A stretch of DNA of 64,000 nucleotides, from contig CAWATW010000003.1 in the NCBI GenBank assembly GCA_963785075.1, forward strand, positions 70,256-134,255, written 5' to 3'. The translations under genes were made by a program, and so were the position numbers. The notes beneath the pieces are model-generated. The model made no database searches. It saw only the letters and a program-made list of their open reading frames with translations, and was not told the DNA's origin. This DNA is from an uncultured bacterium (GTDB lineage Bacteria > Actinomycetota > Acidimicrobiia > Spongiisociales > ZC4RG35). The first letter of the stretch is position 1; each line of letters opens with the position of its first letter. Shown in pieces: positions 1-9,819 of the stretch.

Positions 1-244
1 GGGCGCAACGACGGTGACGACGGTGTCATTGGTCTCTGCCCTCAACCTGCTGAACCACGCTTGCCAATTGGTGGGGCTGACCGTCGTTCGCAGGATATCC
101 TGAAAATGAGACCAACGGTCTTCGGACCACTGTGCTTGCACCACGAGTGCTCCCTCCTCCCATCGCGTCGGCCGGTGACCGTCGCGGTCCTCGACACCGC
201 TTGCACGGCCGGGACCCGGAGACCGGGCCACGACCGCTTCCTGC

Positions 245-290
245 CTGTTGTCCACATGTCCATCCACAGTTGTGGAGAACGGACAACGCC
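245..290. promoter_or_regulatory. Cluster of DnaA-box-like 9-mers (TTGTCCACA perfect at 248-256; variants CATCCACAG 261-269, TTGTGGAGA 270-278) in the rpmH-upstream (dnaA-proximal) intergenic region
   Basis: Read directly from the sequence. TTGTCCACA is the actinobacterial DnaA box consensus. The location upstream of rpmH-rnpA-yidC-jag-gidB-parAB is the classical oriC neighbourhood. Confidence 0.5.
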
Positions 291-653
291 CCTTGGCAGG
301 GGGCCAGTGTCACTACGTACAATTGCGCGCGAACGACAGCATCTGCGTTCAGGGGAAGTAGACGACGCTGCGCTCGGTGGCGACACTGTATGGACGACGC
401 GCCAGGGGGCGCAAGATCGCGGAATCCGTCGCTCTGGTCCGGAAGACCATAATTCGCGACCACAAAACCCCACGTGGCGGCGGTTTTTCCGCACGGTTCA
501 CCGGGCGTTTCTTCACGCGTAACCCCCAGAATCGGCGTTTGGCGATTTTTCGCGATGCGGGAAGAGAAATCGCGACCTGCTGCGGCTTTGACACTGTTCA
601 GAGGTGGCCGTAGCCTATTTCGGTCTATCTCCACCCTCTCAAAGAGAACTTTC

Positions 654-788
654 ATGAAACGGACATATCAGCCAAAAGTACGTCGCCGAAAGCGCAAGCA
701 CGGCTTCCGCCACCGGATGAAGACCCGTGCGGGTCGCAGCATCGTCAAGGCTCGCCGCGACAAAGGTCGCAAGCGTCTCGCCGCCTGA
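654..788 (+). CDS. rpmH: 50S ribosomal protein L34
   Basis: Translation [44 protein letters not shown] is the canonical L34 sequence. ATG at 654 is in frame within ORF 474..788. Confidence 0.95.
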   Translation: MKRTYQPKVRRRKRKHGFRHRMKTRAGRSIVKARRDKGRKRLAA

Positions 789-1116
789 GCGCGGGACCAT
801 CACCACGCTCCGCCGGCGCAACGACTTTGATCGGGTATTCGAGATCGGTTTGCGCCGCAGGAGTGGAGGGGTCGTCGCGATTTCGGCCCCGGGCCGATCC
901 GATGCCTTTCGTTACGGTTTGGTGGTGGGCAGGAAGGTCGGTGGCGCAGTGGAGCGGAATCGGATCAAACGCAGGATCCGTCACGCGATCGTCGAGGTCT
1001 CCCCGGGTCCGGGCACGGACGTCGTCGTGATCGCCTCCAGAGCGGTCGGTCAAGTGGAGTATGCCGAGTTGGTCAGGTGGGTTTCCGATGCTGTCGGTGC
1101 CGGGACAACAGAATGA
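727..1116 (+). CDS. rnpA: Ribonuclease P protein component (start uncertain; ATG 727 overlaps rpmH 3' end)
   Basis: Basic protein with RnpA-like [10 protein letters not shown]...[18 protein letters not shown] motif. Lies between rpmH and yidD as in the conserved operon. Confidence 0.75.
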   Translation: MRVAASSRLAATKVASVSPPERGTITTLRRRNDFDRVFEIGLRRRSGGVVAISAPGRSDAFRYGLVVGRKVGGAVERNRIKRRIRHAIVEVSPGPGTDVVVIASRAVGQVEYAELVRWVSDAVGAGTTE

Positions 1117-1138
1117 TGAACCAGGAGAACCCGGCGCC

Positions 1139-1402
1139 ATGATGACGGAGCCGACAACCCGACGATGGAGCGCCCTGCCCCTGGTCGCGCTTGTCAAGGC
1201 TTACCAGAAAATGGTCAGTCCGGTGCTCGGCAGGAATTGTCGGTACTCCCCGACCTGCTCCTCCTATGCCGTAGAGGCGTTGCAGATCCACGGTGTCTGG
1301 AAGGGCGGATGGCTGGCGGTTCGTCGTATCGGAAGATGTCAGCCACTGTTCGAGGGTGGCTACGACCCCGTTCCACGCCGTGAGGAGCTGTTCCCAACAT
1401 GA
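1139..1402 (+). CDS. yidD: Membrane protein insertion efficiency factor YidD
   Basis: Translation carries the hallmark VSPVLGRNCRYSPTCSSYAVEALQIHGVWKGGWLAVRRIGRCQP. Start ATG 1139 (MMTEP). Confidence 0.85.
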   Translation: MMTEPTTRRWSALPLVALVKAYQKMVSPVLGRNCRYSPTCSSYAVEALQIHGVWKGGWLAVRRIGRCQPLFEGGYDPVPRREELFPT

Positions 1403-2325
1403 CTGCGATCGAAAACATTCTCGGACAGGCGTTGGCGTTTTTTTACGATCTGATTCCGAGCTTTGGGGTATCGATCGTCCTCTTGACCATCGCCATCAAC
1501 CTCGTGCTGTTCCCGCTGACGTTGAAACAGACCCGATCCACCAGGGCTTTCCAAGCGATTCAACCTGAGATCAAGCGAATCCAGAAGGAGCACAAAGAAG
1601 AACCCGAGAAGATGCAGCAGGAGTTGATGCGAGTACAGCGCGAAGCCGGCGCTACTCCCCTCGGCTGCTTTCTCCCCCTGGTCGTTCAGATGCCGATCTG
1701 GTTCGCGCTGTTCCGGCTTCTCCGGGACGTGGCGAACATCGCCAACGGCGTCCCCATCGACACGAGCCCGCTTCCTGACGGGTCCGCTCTCCTGGGCGCC
1801 GTGCAGAACGGCGACACCCAATTCCTGGGAATGGATCTCGGGCAGCTCATCAGCGAGGGAGTCACTGGTAGCACTGCTCTACGCGCGATTCCGTACGCCC
1901 TCTTGATCGTGATCATGGTCGTGTCCCAATACATCCAGCAGTGGCACGCCCAACGAGGCACCAACCAGAGCAAGGCTGAGTTGACTCAGCAGCAGCGGCA
2001 GCAGCAACAGACCCAGCAGATGCTCACCCGCGTCATGCCGCTGTTCATCGGTTTTGTGTCTTGGAACTTCCCGGCGGGTCTTGCGGTGTACTGGGCAACA
2101 GGCAACCTCTTTCGGCTCGGCCAGCAGTTTGCAATCTTCGCCATCGACGGTCGGCCGGGTCATGGGACCGGCGGAGACGCCGCAGGCGGATCATCGGGCA
2201 ATGGCGGAGGCTCCCCTGATTCGACCGGTGACGGTGACGGTGATGAATCCGGGGACAGCGAGGGCGACAAACCCACTCGCGCGCATCCGGTCTCTGAGAA
2301 GAAGCGGCGCCGTAGGAGGAAGTGA
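1399..2325 (+). CDS. yidC: Membrane protein insertase YidC/Oxa1 family
   Basis: ATGA overlap with the yidD stop. Multi-TM protein with a Q-rich loop and a basic C-terminal tail (KKRRRRRK) typical of Gram-positive YidC. Confidence 0.9.
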   Translation: MTAIENILGQALAFFYDLIPSFGVSIVLLTIAINLVLFPLTLKQTRSTRAFQAIQPEIKRIQKEHKEEPEKMQQELMRVQREAGATPLGCFLPLVVQMPIWFALFRLLRDVANIANGVPIDTSPLPDGSALLGAVQNGDTQFLGMDLGQLISEGVTGSTALRAIPYALLIVIMVVSQYIQQWHAQRGTNQSKAELTQQQRQQQQTQQMLTRVMPLFIGFVSWNFPAGLAVYWATGNLFRLGQQFAIFAIDGRPGHGTGGDAAGGSSGNGGGSPDSTGDGDGDESGDSEGDKPTRAHPVSEKKRRRRRK

Positions 2326-3278
2326 TGGATGATTTTGTAGAGGTGCGGGGGAAATCGGTTGACGTCGCCGTTGAGGTGGCGATGAAGGAACTGGGCGCCA
2401 CCGATAGAGATCGCGTCGATGTGACCGTCGTGCAAGAGCCGGAGAAGGCGATGTTGGGCCTGTTCGGCGGACGCGATGCGATAGTACGGGTTGCGCTCAA
2501 GCCGGATGTCGCAAAGAAGAAGCGCAGGAGGCGGCGGAAGAAGGGGCGCGATGAGTCCGAATCAGGTGGTTCGAGGGCGGCTGCCGCGAGCGGGGGTAGA
2601 GATCGGGGCCAACGCCAGCCCAACACATCCGAAGGAAACGAGGGGCGTGAGCCGCGGGAGCGTCAGCGACATCCTCAAGGAAATCGGGCACAAGGTGGTT
2701 CCGACCGGCGAAACAACCGTCCCAGGCGCGAAGGGGAACGGTCGTCCGAGCGTTCCGGATCCAGTGGAGAGGAGCGTGAGGTGACGATCGAGGAGCAGAT
2801 GCCAGTCGTCGAGGAGTTCTTGACGGGTCTTGTGGGCGCGTTCGGACTCGAAGGCGCTGTTGATGTCAGCACGGATGGTGATGTCATCGTCGCCAACGTG
2901 GCCGGTTCACAAACGGAGGCGATGGTCGGGCCCCGGGGTGCGGTGATCGAGTCGATCCATGAACTCACGAAGACCGTGCTCCACCGACGGACCCAGAGTT
3001 CGGCCCGTGTTCGGCTGGATGTTGCCGGCTATGCGGAACGACGGAGGCAGGCGCTTTCGATTTACGCCAATCAGCTGTTGGACCAGGTCTCTGAGGAGGG
3101 CGGCGAGGTGATGCTGGAGCCCATGAGCGCAGCAGACCGCAAGGTGATTCACGACGCTGTCGCCCAGAGGGAGGGCGTCCGTTCCTATTCGGAGGGTCAG
3201 GCTCCCCAACGCTACGTCGTGATCTCGGCGGAGACTGCCGCTGTTGCGGCCGACGAGGGCTCGTCCGAGGAGGAGTAG
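2322..3278 (+). CDS. jag: Jag/KhpB (EloR) RNA-binding protein with Jag_N, KH and R3H domains
   Basis: GTGA overlap with the yidC stop. N-terminal Jag_N-like segment (VEVRGKSVDVAVEVAMKELG), a basic RG-rich linker and a C-terminal KH/R3H-like region. Position is conserved downstream of yidC. Confidence 0.8.
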   Translation: MMDDFVEVRGKSVDVAVEVAMKELGATDRDRVDVTVVQEPEKAMLGLFGGRDAIVRVALKPDVAKKKRRRRRKKGRDESESGGSRAAAASGGRDRGQRQPNTSEGNEGREPRERQRHPQGNRAQGGSDRRNNRPRREGERSSERSGSSGEEREVTIEEQMPVVEEFLTGLVGAFGLEGAVDVSTDGDVIVANVAGSQTEAMVGPRGAVIESIHELTKTVLHRRTQSSARVRLDVAGYAERRRQALSIYANQLLDQVSEEGGEVMLEPMSAADRKVIHDAVAQREGVRSYSEGQAPQRYVVISAETAAVAADEGSSEEE

Positions 3279-3301
3279 TCTTCGGCTCGACGATCGAAGG
3301 A

Positions 3302-3335
3302 GGGGGCCGGTGCGGTTGCACCGGCCCCCTTTTGG
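3302..3335 (+). terminator. Intrinsic terminator hairpin after jag (GGGGGCCGGTGCGGTTGCACCGGCCCCC followed by TTTTGG)
   Basis: Perfect GC-rich inverted repeat followed by a T-run, read directly from the sequence. Confidence 0.6.
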
Positions 3336-3375
3336 TTTCACGTGAAACCCCGTGCTCTCGTGTTTCACGTGAAAC
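3334..3375. promoter_or_regulatory. Two copies of a perfect palindrome GTTTCACGTGAAAC (3334-3349 and 3362-3375) immediately upstream of the rsmG start
   Basis: Seen in the sequence: 14-bp perfect palindromes 12 bp apart. The second ends 8 bp before the rsmG ATG. Operator-like arrangement. Confidence 0.45.
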
Positions 3376-3382
3376 ATCTAAC

Positions 3383-3994
3383 ATGCCGACCGTGCATCAG
3401 CCCGCGATCTTGAAGGCCGCCGAATGGGTGGGTCTCGAGCTGGATGGAGAACAGTTGGGCCTGCTGGAGCGCTTCGAGCTTTGGCTGAAGGATGAGGCCG
3501 CAAGGGTCGGGGGTGTTGGGCCCGCCGAAGGCTCGATCCTCGGCTGGCGGCATGTCGCGGATTCCTTGCTGTTTGCGTATCGATGGGCCAGGGATCCTCC
3601 CGATCGGGTACTCGACATTGGATCTGGCGTGGGCTTGCCGGCCATCCCCTTGGCGATAGCGCTTCCCCAGGTGGAGGTGTTGTCACTGGATCGGTCGGCA
3701 CGTCGGATCCGACTGCAGCGTCGGGCCGCCCGGATCCTGGGGCTCGACAACCTCGTACCGGTGGAGAGCGACGCCGGGGCGGCTCGAGGAGACTACGCCG
3801 TTGTAGTGAGCCGTGCGGCGCTCCCGCCGCAGGAGCTGAAGCCTCACCTGCAGCGACTGACGGCGCCGGGGGGAATTGCTGTCGTGGGCGGCTCGCACAT
3901 CACGGCCCCGATGGAGGCAGGTTTCGAAACGGTGGCGATTCCGCCGGAGGTCCTTGACCACTCCGTGTGGATTCTTATCATGGCCCGGCCGTGA
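3383..3994 (+). CDS. rsmG: 16S rRNA (guanine527-N7)-methyltransferase RsmG (GidB)
   Basis: SAM-methyltransferase motif VLDIGSGVGLPAIPLAIALP. Position between jag and parA is conserved. Confidence 0.85.
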   Translation: MPTVHQPAILKAAEWVGLELDGEQLGLLERFELWLKDEAARVGGVGPAEGSILGWRHVADSLLFAYRWARDPPDRVLDIGSGVGLPAIPLAIALPQVEVLSLDRSARRIRLQRRAARILGLDNLVPVESDAGAARGDYAVVVSRAALPPQELKPHLQRLTAPGGIAVVGGSHITAPMEAGFETVAIPPEVLDHSVWILIMARP

Positions 3995-4003
3995 GGAGGC
4001 AAT

Positions 4004-4792
4004 GTGAACTCTCAAGCGATCATCGTGGCTCTGGCCAATCAGAAGGGGGGCGTCGGGAAGTCGACCACCGCCATCAACCTGGCCGCCGGCCTGGCACTCC
4101 GTGGCCGGCGCGTATTGATGGTGGACCTCGACCCGCAGGGGAACGCCACGTCGGGCATGGGAATCGATCGGACATCGATCGGGCACTCGATATATGACGT
4201 TCTTTTGAAGGAGACGCCGATAGAAGACGCCGTCGAACCGTCGGCTGTTCGGGACCTCTTCGTCGTGCCGGCCACCATCGATCTGGCCGGCGCCGAGATC
4301 GAGCTGGTGAGCGTGTTTTCCCGTGAGCAGAGATTGAAGATGGCGCTCAGTCGCATCGTCGACGACTACGACACCATCCTGATCGACTGCCCGCCATCGC
4401 TCGGCCTCCTCACGGTCAATGCCCTGGCCGCCGCCCAGGAGGTGCTCATACCGATCCAGTGCGAGTACTACGCGCTGGAGGGACTCTCCCAACTCCTCCG
4501 CAATATCGACATGGTCACCTCGAACCTGAACCCGGGGCTCGTGGTAGGCGGGGTGATACTGACGATGTACGACGCCCGCACTCGGCTCGCCAAGGAGGTG
4601 GCCGATCAGGTCAGAGCACACTTCGGCGAGCGAGCGTATCGCACGATCGTCCCGCGATCTGTGCGCCTCTCCGAAGCGCCCTCGTTCGGCGAGCCGATCG
4701 AGGTGTTCGATCCCATGTCCCGGGGGGCGATCGCCTATAGAAACATCGCCCGTGAGTTCGCCGCTCGGCATGGATGGGAGGACACGAGATGA
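4004..4792 (+). CDS. parA: Chromosome partitioning ATPase ParA/Soj
   Basis: Deviant Walker A motif KGGVGKSTTAINLAAGLA. GTG start at 4004. Confidence 0.9.
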   Translation: MNSQAIIVALANQKGGVGKSTTAINLAAGLALRGRRVLMVDLDPQGNATSGMGIDRTSIGHSIYDVLLKETPIEDAVEPSAVRDLFVVPATIDLAGAEIELVSVFSREQRLKMALSRIVDDYDTILIDCPPSLGLLTVNALAAAQEVLIPIQCEYYALEGLSQLLRNIDMVTSNLNPGLVVGGVILTMYDARTRLAKEVADQVRAHFGERAYRTIVPRSVRLSEAPSFGEPIEVFDPMSRGAIAYRNIAREFAARHGWEDTR

Positions 4793-5655
4793 CAGCGCGT
4801 CGCGGTGGTCTAGGAAGAGGGTTGGAGGCACTGATCCCCGTCGGGACGGGTGAGGCCGTCGCCGGCTTCGCGATGGTCCCCGTGGACGAGGTGGCGACCA
4901 ATCCTCAGCAACCCCGCTCGAAGTTCGACGAGGAAGCACTGAGCGGTCTCGCCGAGTCGATCCGCGAGGTGGGCGTTCTTCAGCCGATTTCGGTATCACG
5001 GACGGAGGACGGCTCCTACATCCTGATCGCTGGAGAGCGCCGCCTCCGGGCCGCGCGACGAGCAGGGTTGTCCGAGATCCCGGCGGTGATCCGCACCGTC
5101 GACGATCAGTCGTCACTCACCCAAGCACTCGTGGAGAACATCCAACGCGAGAACCTCACGCCGCTCGAAGAGGCCGCTGCATTTCAGCAATTGCTCGAGG
5201 ACTACGGGCTCACGCACGAGGACATCGGGGCACGGGTCGGGAAGAGCCGCACGACCATCACGAACACGTTGCGCCTGTTGGGTCTGCCGGCTTCCATCCA
5301 GGGGATGCTCGAGCGCGGAGAGCTCAGTGCCGGTCACGCACGTGCGTTGTTGGGGGTCGAAGACCGAAAGTACGCCGAGCACGTGGCCAAACGGGCGGCG
5401 GAAGAAGGGTGGAGCGTTCGCCAGGTCGAGGATGCGGCGAGAGTTCGAAAGGAAGTCGAAGGCGAGGGCGACCGGGCACGACAGGTCCGGGAGGTGCGGC
5501 CCGTCGAGATCATCGAGCTAGAGCATCGCCTGACCGAACAGCTCGGCACCCAGGTCAGGATCCGGTACCGGAACAAGAAGGGGAAGATCGAAATCGGGTT
5601 CGGCTCGCTCGACGACCTGGAGCGGCTGTACCGGCATTTCTTCAGTCGAGCCTGA
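4789..5655 (+). CDS. parB: Chromosome partitioning protein ParB
   Basis: ATGA overlap with the parA stop. ParB box II motif GERRLRAARRAGL and an HTH region. Confidence 0.9.
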   Translation: MTARRGGLGRGLEALIPVGTGEAVAGFAMVPVDEVATNPQQPRSKFDEEALSGLAESIREVGVLQPISVSRTEDGSYILIAGERRLRAARRAGLSEIPAVIRTVDDQSSLTQALVENIQRENLTPLEEAAAFQQLLEDYGLTHEDIGARVGKSRTTITNTLRLLGLPASIQGMLERGELSAGHARALLGVEDRKYAEHVAKRAAEEGWSVRQVEDAARVRKEVEGEGDRARQVREVRPVEIIELEHRLTEQLGTQVRIRYRNKKGKIEIGFGSLDDLERLYRHFFSRA

Positions 5656-6622
5656 CGGTCTTGGTCCCGGAATCGCGGAAGAACCGCTCGATTCCATCAA
5701 CGACTCGTCGCCCGACCGCCTCGTCCAGGTGGGAGAGGTTGACGACGATGGCGGGGGAGCGCGTCTCGCGGAGAATGGCAGTGGCGCGTCCCCGGCATTG
5801 GATCCCAAGCTCCTCCGCCACGTGGGCCGCCAGGCGTGCTCCCGCCTCGCTCCGGGACCTGGCGGATTCGAACGAGTAGACACCCTGCTCGTCGTCGGTG
5901 CCAAGCTGGAACGAAACGATGATGTCCGCTCCCTGTCGATTTGCCCGCAGTGCCCGCATTCTCTCAGGCATCTGGACATCCACGGACCTGGAAATAACTG
6001 GAAGACCACCCCGTTCTTGAAGGGAAATCGCCGCTGCCGTCGCCGCGTCCCAAGCGGCTTGAGCCTCCTCCGGCGACTTGGACCCAGGATCGAAGAACAC
6101 CCGCGTTCCGACCACGGTCGGTCGCAGAGAGCGCAGCCACTCCCGCTCCCGCACCGTCTCCCTTCCGGTGTCCAGCTGGCCGCGACTGACAAGACGAAGC
6201 TCGGTGACGACCTCCGGTCCGGCAACGCCATCCTCTGGAAGCCCGCGATTGTGCTGGAACTCGACGACCGCCCGCTGTGTGTCCGCTCCGTAGATCCCAT
6301 CTGGCTTGCCGGCGTCGAAGCCGAGGTTGTTCAGACGGGTCTGGAGCTCCCCGATGTCGTCGCCTCGAAGCATCGGGCGGCGAAGCACCAGCAGCCGATC
6401 ACCGAGCCGGTATCCGGCCTCGTAGAGGGCCCGCCACGTGTCTGGTCCCACGATTCCGTCTGGATTCAACCCTCGTTCCGACTGGAAGCCTCGGACTGCG
6501 TCGTCCGTTGCCTTCCCGAACTCACCACGAGCGTCTGAATCACACGGATGGCCGAGGGCACTCAGCCGATCCTGGATGTCGCGAACCGGCTCCCCGGCGT
6601 CTCCCGCTCGATACAACCGCAT
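5642..6622 (-). CDS. Peptidoglycan-binding-domain protein with C-terminal N-acetylmuramoyl-L-alanine amidase (Amidase_3) domain, CwlM-like
   Basis: Two PG_binding_1-like repeats (DAVRGFQSERGLNPDGIVGPDTWRAL and QRAVVEFQHNRGLPEDGVAGP) plus a C-terminal amidase_3-like region. Position next to trx genes matches cwlM (Rv3915) synteny. Confidence 0.75.
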   Translation of the reverse strand: MRLYRAGDAGEPVRDIQDRLSALGHPCDSDARGEFGKATDDAVRGFQSERGLNPDGIVGPDTWRALYEAGYRLGDRLLVLRRPMLRGDDIGELQTRLNNLGFDAGKPDGIYGADTQRAVVEFQHNRGLPEDGVAGPEVVTELRLVSRGQLDTGRETVREREWLRSLRPTVVGTRVFFDPGSKSPEEAQAAWDAATAAAISLQERGGLPVISRSVDVQMPERMRALRANRQGADIIVSFQLGTDDEQGVYSFESARSRSEAGARLAAHVAEELGIQCRGRATAILRETRSPAIVVNLSHLDEAVGRRVVDGIERFFRDSGTKTVRLD

Positions 6623-6702
6623 GCCGCCATGCTTGCAGATCCCCGACTGGAACGAGTCTGCTCGACCCTCAACGAGCGTGCAGGCAGTCTTGACCTCTGC
6701 AG

Positions 6703-6734
6703 AACGTTGTACGTTCTACGTACGACGACGTTCC
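6703..6734. repeat. Palindromic element GAACGTTGTACGTTCTACGTACGACGACGTTC containing the ACGTTCTACGTA core, upstream of the cwlM-like gene
   Basis: Inverted ends GAACGT...ACGTTC and a TACGTA core. Same core motif recurs at several other intergenic loci in the window. Confidence 0.45.
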
Positions 6735-6798
6735 ACGAACGCGAGAAGGCGGCTCGCCTGGGATGCAGACGAACCGCCTTCAAGTTGTGGGCGTCTGG

Positions 6799-7125
6799 TC
6801 AGCTCAGGTATTCCTGGAGCTCCTGGACGAGCTGATGCTTCGGGCGGGCTCCGACGATGCGCTTCTTCTCGACCCCGTCCTTGAACAGGATCATGGTCGG
6901 GATACTCATGACGTCGAAGCTGGCGGGAGCCTGAGGATTCTCGTCGATGTTGAGCTTGCCGATCGTGATCTTGTCGGGATGGTCATTGGCGAGTTCCTCG
7001 AGCACGGGAGCCACCATCCGGCACGGACCACACCACTCGGCCCAGAAATCCACCAGGACCGGCCGTTCGCCGGAGATGGTGTCTTGGAAGGTCGCGTCGG
7101 TCAGGGTGACGGTGTTGTCTGCCAT
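6799..7125 (-). CDS. trxA: Thioredoxin
   Basis: WCGPC active site ([19 protein letters not shown]). 108 aa. Confidence 0.92.
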   Translation of the reverse strand: MADNTVTLTDATFQDTISGERPVLVDFWAEWCGPCRMVAPVLEELANDHPDKITIGKLNIDENPQAPASFDVMSIPTMILFKDGVEKKRIVGARPKHQLVQELQEYLS

Positions 7126-7176
7126 TGCGTGTGTCTCCTTGGATGTGCCACCGGCCCAACGCCGGAGGCGGTCCGA

Positions 7177-8097
7177 TCATTCCTGGCCCTGAAGGAAATG
7201 TTCAGCATCGATTGCAGCTCGACATCCGGTGCCTGCTGCGGTGATCGCCTGCCGGTAGACCGAGTCTGCCACATCGCCTGCGGCAAGCACACCGGGGACC
7301 GAGGTGTGCGTTCCTGGACCATCGACCACGATGTAGCCCATTTCGTCGACGTCGAGCTGCCCGGCGAAGATCTCGGTGTTCGGCTTGTGGCCGATCGCCA
7401 CGAACACCCCATCCACGGGCATCTCACGTGACTCGCCCGTCACCGTGTCCGTCAAGGTCACCCCGGTGACCTCGTCATCGCCGTGGATCTCCGAAACGGT
7501 TGCATTCCACACGACCTCGATCTTCGGATGCTCGAGGGCGCGGGTCGCCATGATGCGGGACGCGCGGAACTCCTCGCGGCGGTGGACGATCGTGACTTTG
7601 CTCGCGAACTTCGTGAGGAAGAGCGCCTCCTCCATCGCCGAGTCTCCGCCACCCACGACAACGAGTTGCTTGTCACGGAAGAAGAATCCGTCGCACGTGG
7701 CACATGCCGAGACGCCACGGCCTGTGAGTCGCTGTTCACCGGGGATCCCCAGCCACTTCGCCGTGGCGCCCGTGGCGACGATCACCGTCTTCGCCCGGTA
7801 CTCATCTGCACCAACCTTGACCAGGAAAGGACTGCGCGTGAGGTCGACCTCCGTCACGTCGGTGGTGATGAGCCGCGCACCGAAGCGCTCGGCCTGCTTG
7901 CGGAACTGGTCCATGAGCTCGGGGCCCATGATGCCGTCGGGGAACCCCGGATAGTTCTCCACGTCGGTGGTGATCATCAGCTGACCGCCCGACTGACTCC
8001 CTTCGAAGACGAGGGGATTGAGGTCGGCGCGTGCGGCATACAGAGCGGCGGTGTATCCGGCGGGTCCGCTTCCGATGATGATGAGGTCTTCGGTCAT
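7177..8097 (-). CDS. trxB: Thioredoxin-disulfide reductase
   Basis: FAD motif [17 protein letters not shown], redox-active CATCDG and NADPH motif [10 protein letters not shown]. Start MTEDLIIIG at 8097. Confidence 0.9.
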   Translation of the reverse strand: MTEDLIIIGSGPAGYTAALYAARADLNPLVFEGSQSGGQLMITTDVENYPGFPDGIMGPELMDQFRKQAERFGARLITTDVTEVDLTRSPFLVKVGADEYRAKTVIVATGATAKWLGIPGEQRLTGRGVSACATCDGFFFRDKQLVVVGGGDSAMEEALFLTKFASKVTIVHRREEFRASRIMATRALEHPKIEVVWNATVSEIHGDDEVTGVTLTDTVTGESREMPVDGVFVAIGHKPNTEIFAGQLDVDEMGYIVVDGPGTHTSVPGVLAAGDVADSVYRQAITAAGTGCRAAIDAEHFLQGQE

Positions 8098-8378
8098 GTC
8101 GTTTCCTCTTTGGGGGTTCGCTTCGCCCAAACCAACACACCGGCGACGAGGAATAGTCCCGCCTCCACGGCATAGGCGCCCCACTGTCCCAACGGGATGG
8201 CGAGCGCGCTGTGGATGGTCATGAACAGGAACACGACGGCGAACAGCGCGAACACGACGGTCGGAATCGCGAGCGCGGCAATCGTGATGCCCTTGCGGGC
8301 ACGGTCGACGGTCATCGACCGGACCTTCACGGCAGTCGATTCGAGCAGGTCGGCGAAGCGGGTTGCTAGATCCTCCAC
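8094..8378 (-). CDS. Small membrane protein (2 TM), hypothetical
   Basis: 94-aa ORF with two hydrophobic helices. Its stop overlaps the trxB ATG (ATGA), so it is co-operonic with anti-sigma-trxB-trxA. Confidence 0.45.
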   Translation of the reverse strand: MEDLATRFADLLESTAVKVRSMTVDRARKGITIAALAIPTVVFALFAVVFLFMTIHSALAIPLGQWGAYAVEAGLFLVAGVLVWAKRTPKEETT

Positions 8379-8423
8379 AGGCCGCAGTTTAGTGAAGTCA
8401 GAGAGGGCGTCACGCCGGCACGG

Positions 8424-9251
8424 TCAGCGGGGAACGCAACCCTCGATGGTGAAGGTCTCCGGGCGATAACTCTCGTCGTCTCCACGAACGATGAGCACCT
8501 CGATGTCCACGCCTTCGACCGTGGCAGTGATCACCGCATACAGCGGGTCCTCGACCGAAACAAAGCACGATGGTGTGGGTTTGTCGTTCTCGGCGAACCA
8601 TTCGGCAGTGAGCCGATCTGGCTGCTCGGTGGCACCGAGGCCGGCAACCGTTCTCTCCACCATTGCGTCCACCTCGAACTGGGGCGTGTCACCCATGTCC
8701 TGATACGACAGGTAGGGCTCGGCAGGATCGGCGGCACCGGCGGCGGTGGTGTCCGAGGCGGCCTCCTCGGCGACGTCGCCGCCATCGGCCGCGGTGGTTT
8801 CGGGGCCCGCCAGCTCCATTCGACTGGAGTATTCGGATCCGGCAGCGTCGTCGGCTGCTGCCTCCGTTGCGGCTGCGACGGTCGCAGAGGTCGAATCGTC
8901 TCCGCCCTGGCCGGATGTAAGGATGCCGGCCACGCCCACCACCGCCAGGGCTGCCGCCGCCACCGATCCGAGAGCCATCCAGCGTCGGGAGGGCCTGCGT
9001 GCGGGCATCTGCACGACCGACGCGCCGCGCTCGACGCCGGCCAGAACTCCGGAACGAAGCCTGGAACGCTCGTCATCGGTCATGGTGACAGACGGTGCCG
9101 ACCTCAGCATGGCGCGCACATCCCGATGGAGTTCGAGCTCCATTCGGCACTCGGCACACTCCGCCAACTGCTGCTCGATGACGTTGGAATCGCCGTCGAA
9201 GTCGCCGTCGGCGAAAGCCGCAATCAGGTCTGTGTCGTGCTGGTCGTGCAT
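8424..9251 (-). CDS. Anti-sigma factor (putative zinc-finger type, single TM, extracytoplasmic C-terminal domain)
   Basis: N-terminal Cys/His-containing segment (HDQHD...ECAECRMELELH), a central TM (WMALGSVAAAALAVVGVAGIL) and a Pro-rich extracytoplasmic tail. Sits immediately downstream of the ECF sigma gene. Confidence 0.65.
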   Translation of the reverse strand: MHDQHDTDLIAAFADGDFDGDSNVIEQQLAECAECRMELELHRDVRAMLRSAPSVTMTDDERSRLRSGVLAGVERGASVVQMPARRPSRRWMALGSVAAAALAVVGVAGILTSGQGGDDSTSATVAAATEAAADDAAGSEYSSRMELAGPETTAADGGDVAEEAASDTTAAGAADPAEPYLSYQDMGDTPQFEVDAMVERTVAGLGATEQPDRLTAEWFAENDKPTPSCFVSVEDPLYAVITATVEGVDIEVLIVRGDDESYRPETFTIEGCVPR

Positions 9252-9273
9252 TGTTTCTCGTTGATTCGACGTC

Positions 9274-9819
9274 TCATGACTCTCGTATGTTCCCGAGGAC
9301 TTCGGCCAACTGTCTTCGTCCTCGGAACACGCGGGACTTCACCGTCCCGGCAGGGATCTCGAGCACGTGTGATATCTCTTCGATGGGGAGCCCGTGGATG
9401 TCCGACAACACCACCGCCGCCCGATAGTCGGGAGAGATCGTGAGAAGCGCTGCCTCGATGGCAGGGCGCAGCTCGACCGAGGTGAAGTCATCGATCGTGT
9501 GAACATCGACAGGATCGTGGTGCTCGGGGAGCGGGTCGGTGCGTCGACGCTTGGCCTTGCGGAGCAAATCGAAGCAGGTGTTCGTCGCCACCCGGTAGAG
9601 CCAGGTGGTGAATGCCGCCTCCGCCCGATACCTGTCGGCCTTGCGGAACACGGTCAAGAAGGTCTCCTGGGCGGCGTCGAGAGCCGCATCGCGCGAACCC
9701 ATGATTCGCATGCACACTGCAAAGACCAGATCCTCGTGGCGGCGCATGAGCTCGTCGAGCGAGCCGGCATCGCCGGCAGCCACTCGACCGATCAGCTCCA
9801 CGTCGCTCGGAGTCGTCAC
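9274..9819 (-). CDS. ECF RNA polymerase sigma factor (SigM-like)
   Basis: Region 2 (DLVFAVCMRIMGSRDAALDAAQETFLTVFR) and region 4 (AAVVLSDIHGLPIEEISHVLEIPAGTVKSRVFRGRRQL). Proposed GTG start at 9819 overlaps the upstream stop (GTGA). Confidence 0.8.
   Translation of the reverse strand: MTTPSDVELIGRVAAGDAGSLDELMRRHEDLVFAVCMRIMGSRDAALDAAQETFLTVFRKADRYRAEAAFTTWLYRVATNTCFDLLRKAKRRRTDPLPEHHDPVDVHTIDDFTSVELRPAIEAALLTISPDYRAAVVLSDIHGLPIEEISHVLEIPAGTVKSRVFRGRRQLAEVLGNIRES

Noticed and set aside
26-655. Several 80-210-aa ORFs on both strands in the first 650 bp
   Set aside because: They overlap one another in a GC-rich intergenic origin-proximal region carrying DnaA boxes and have Arg/Pro-rich random composition. 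Judged non-coding.
3683-5116. 477-aa minus-strand ORF
   Set aside because: Entirely antisense to the well-supported parA and parB genes. Typical high-GC antisense open frame.
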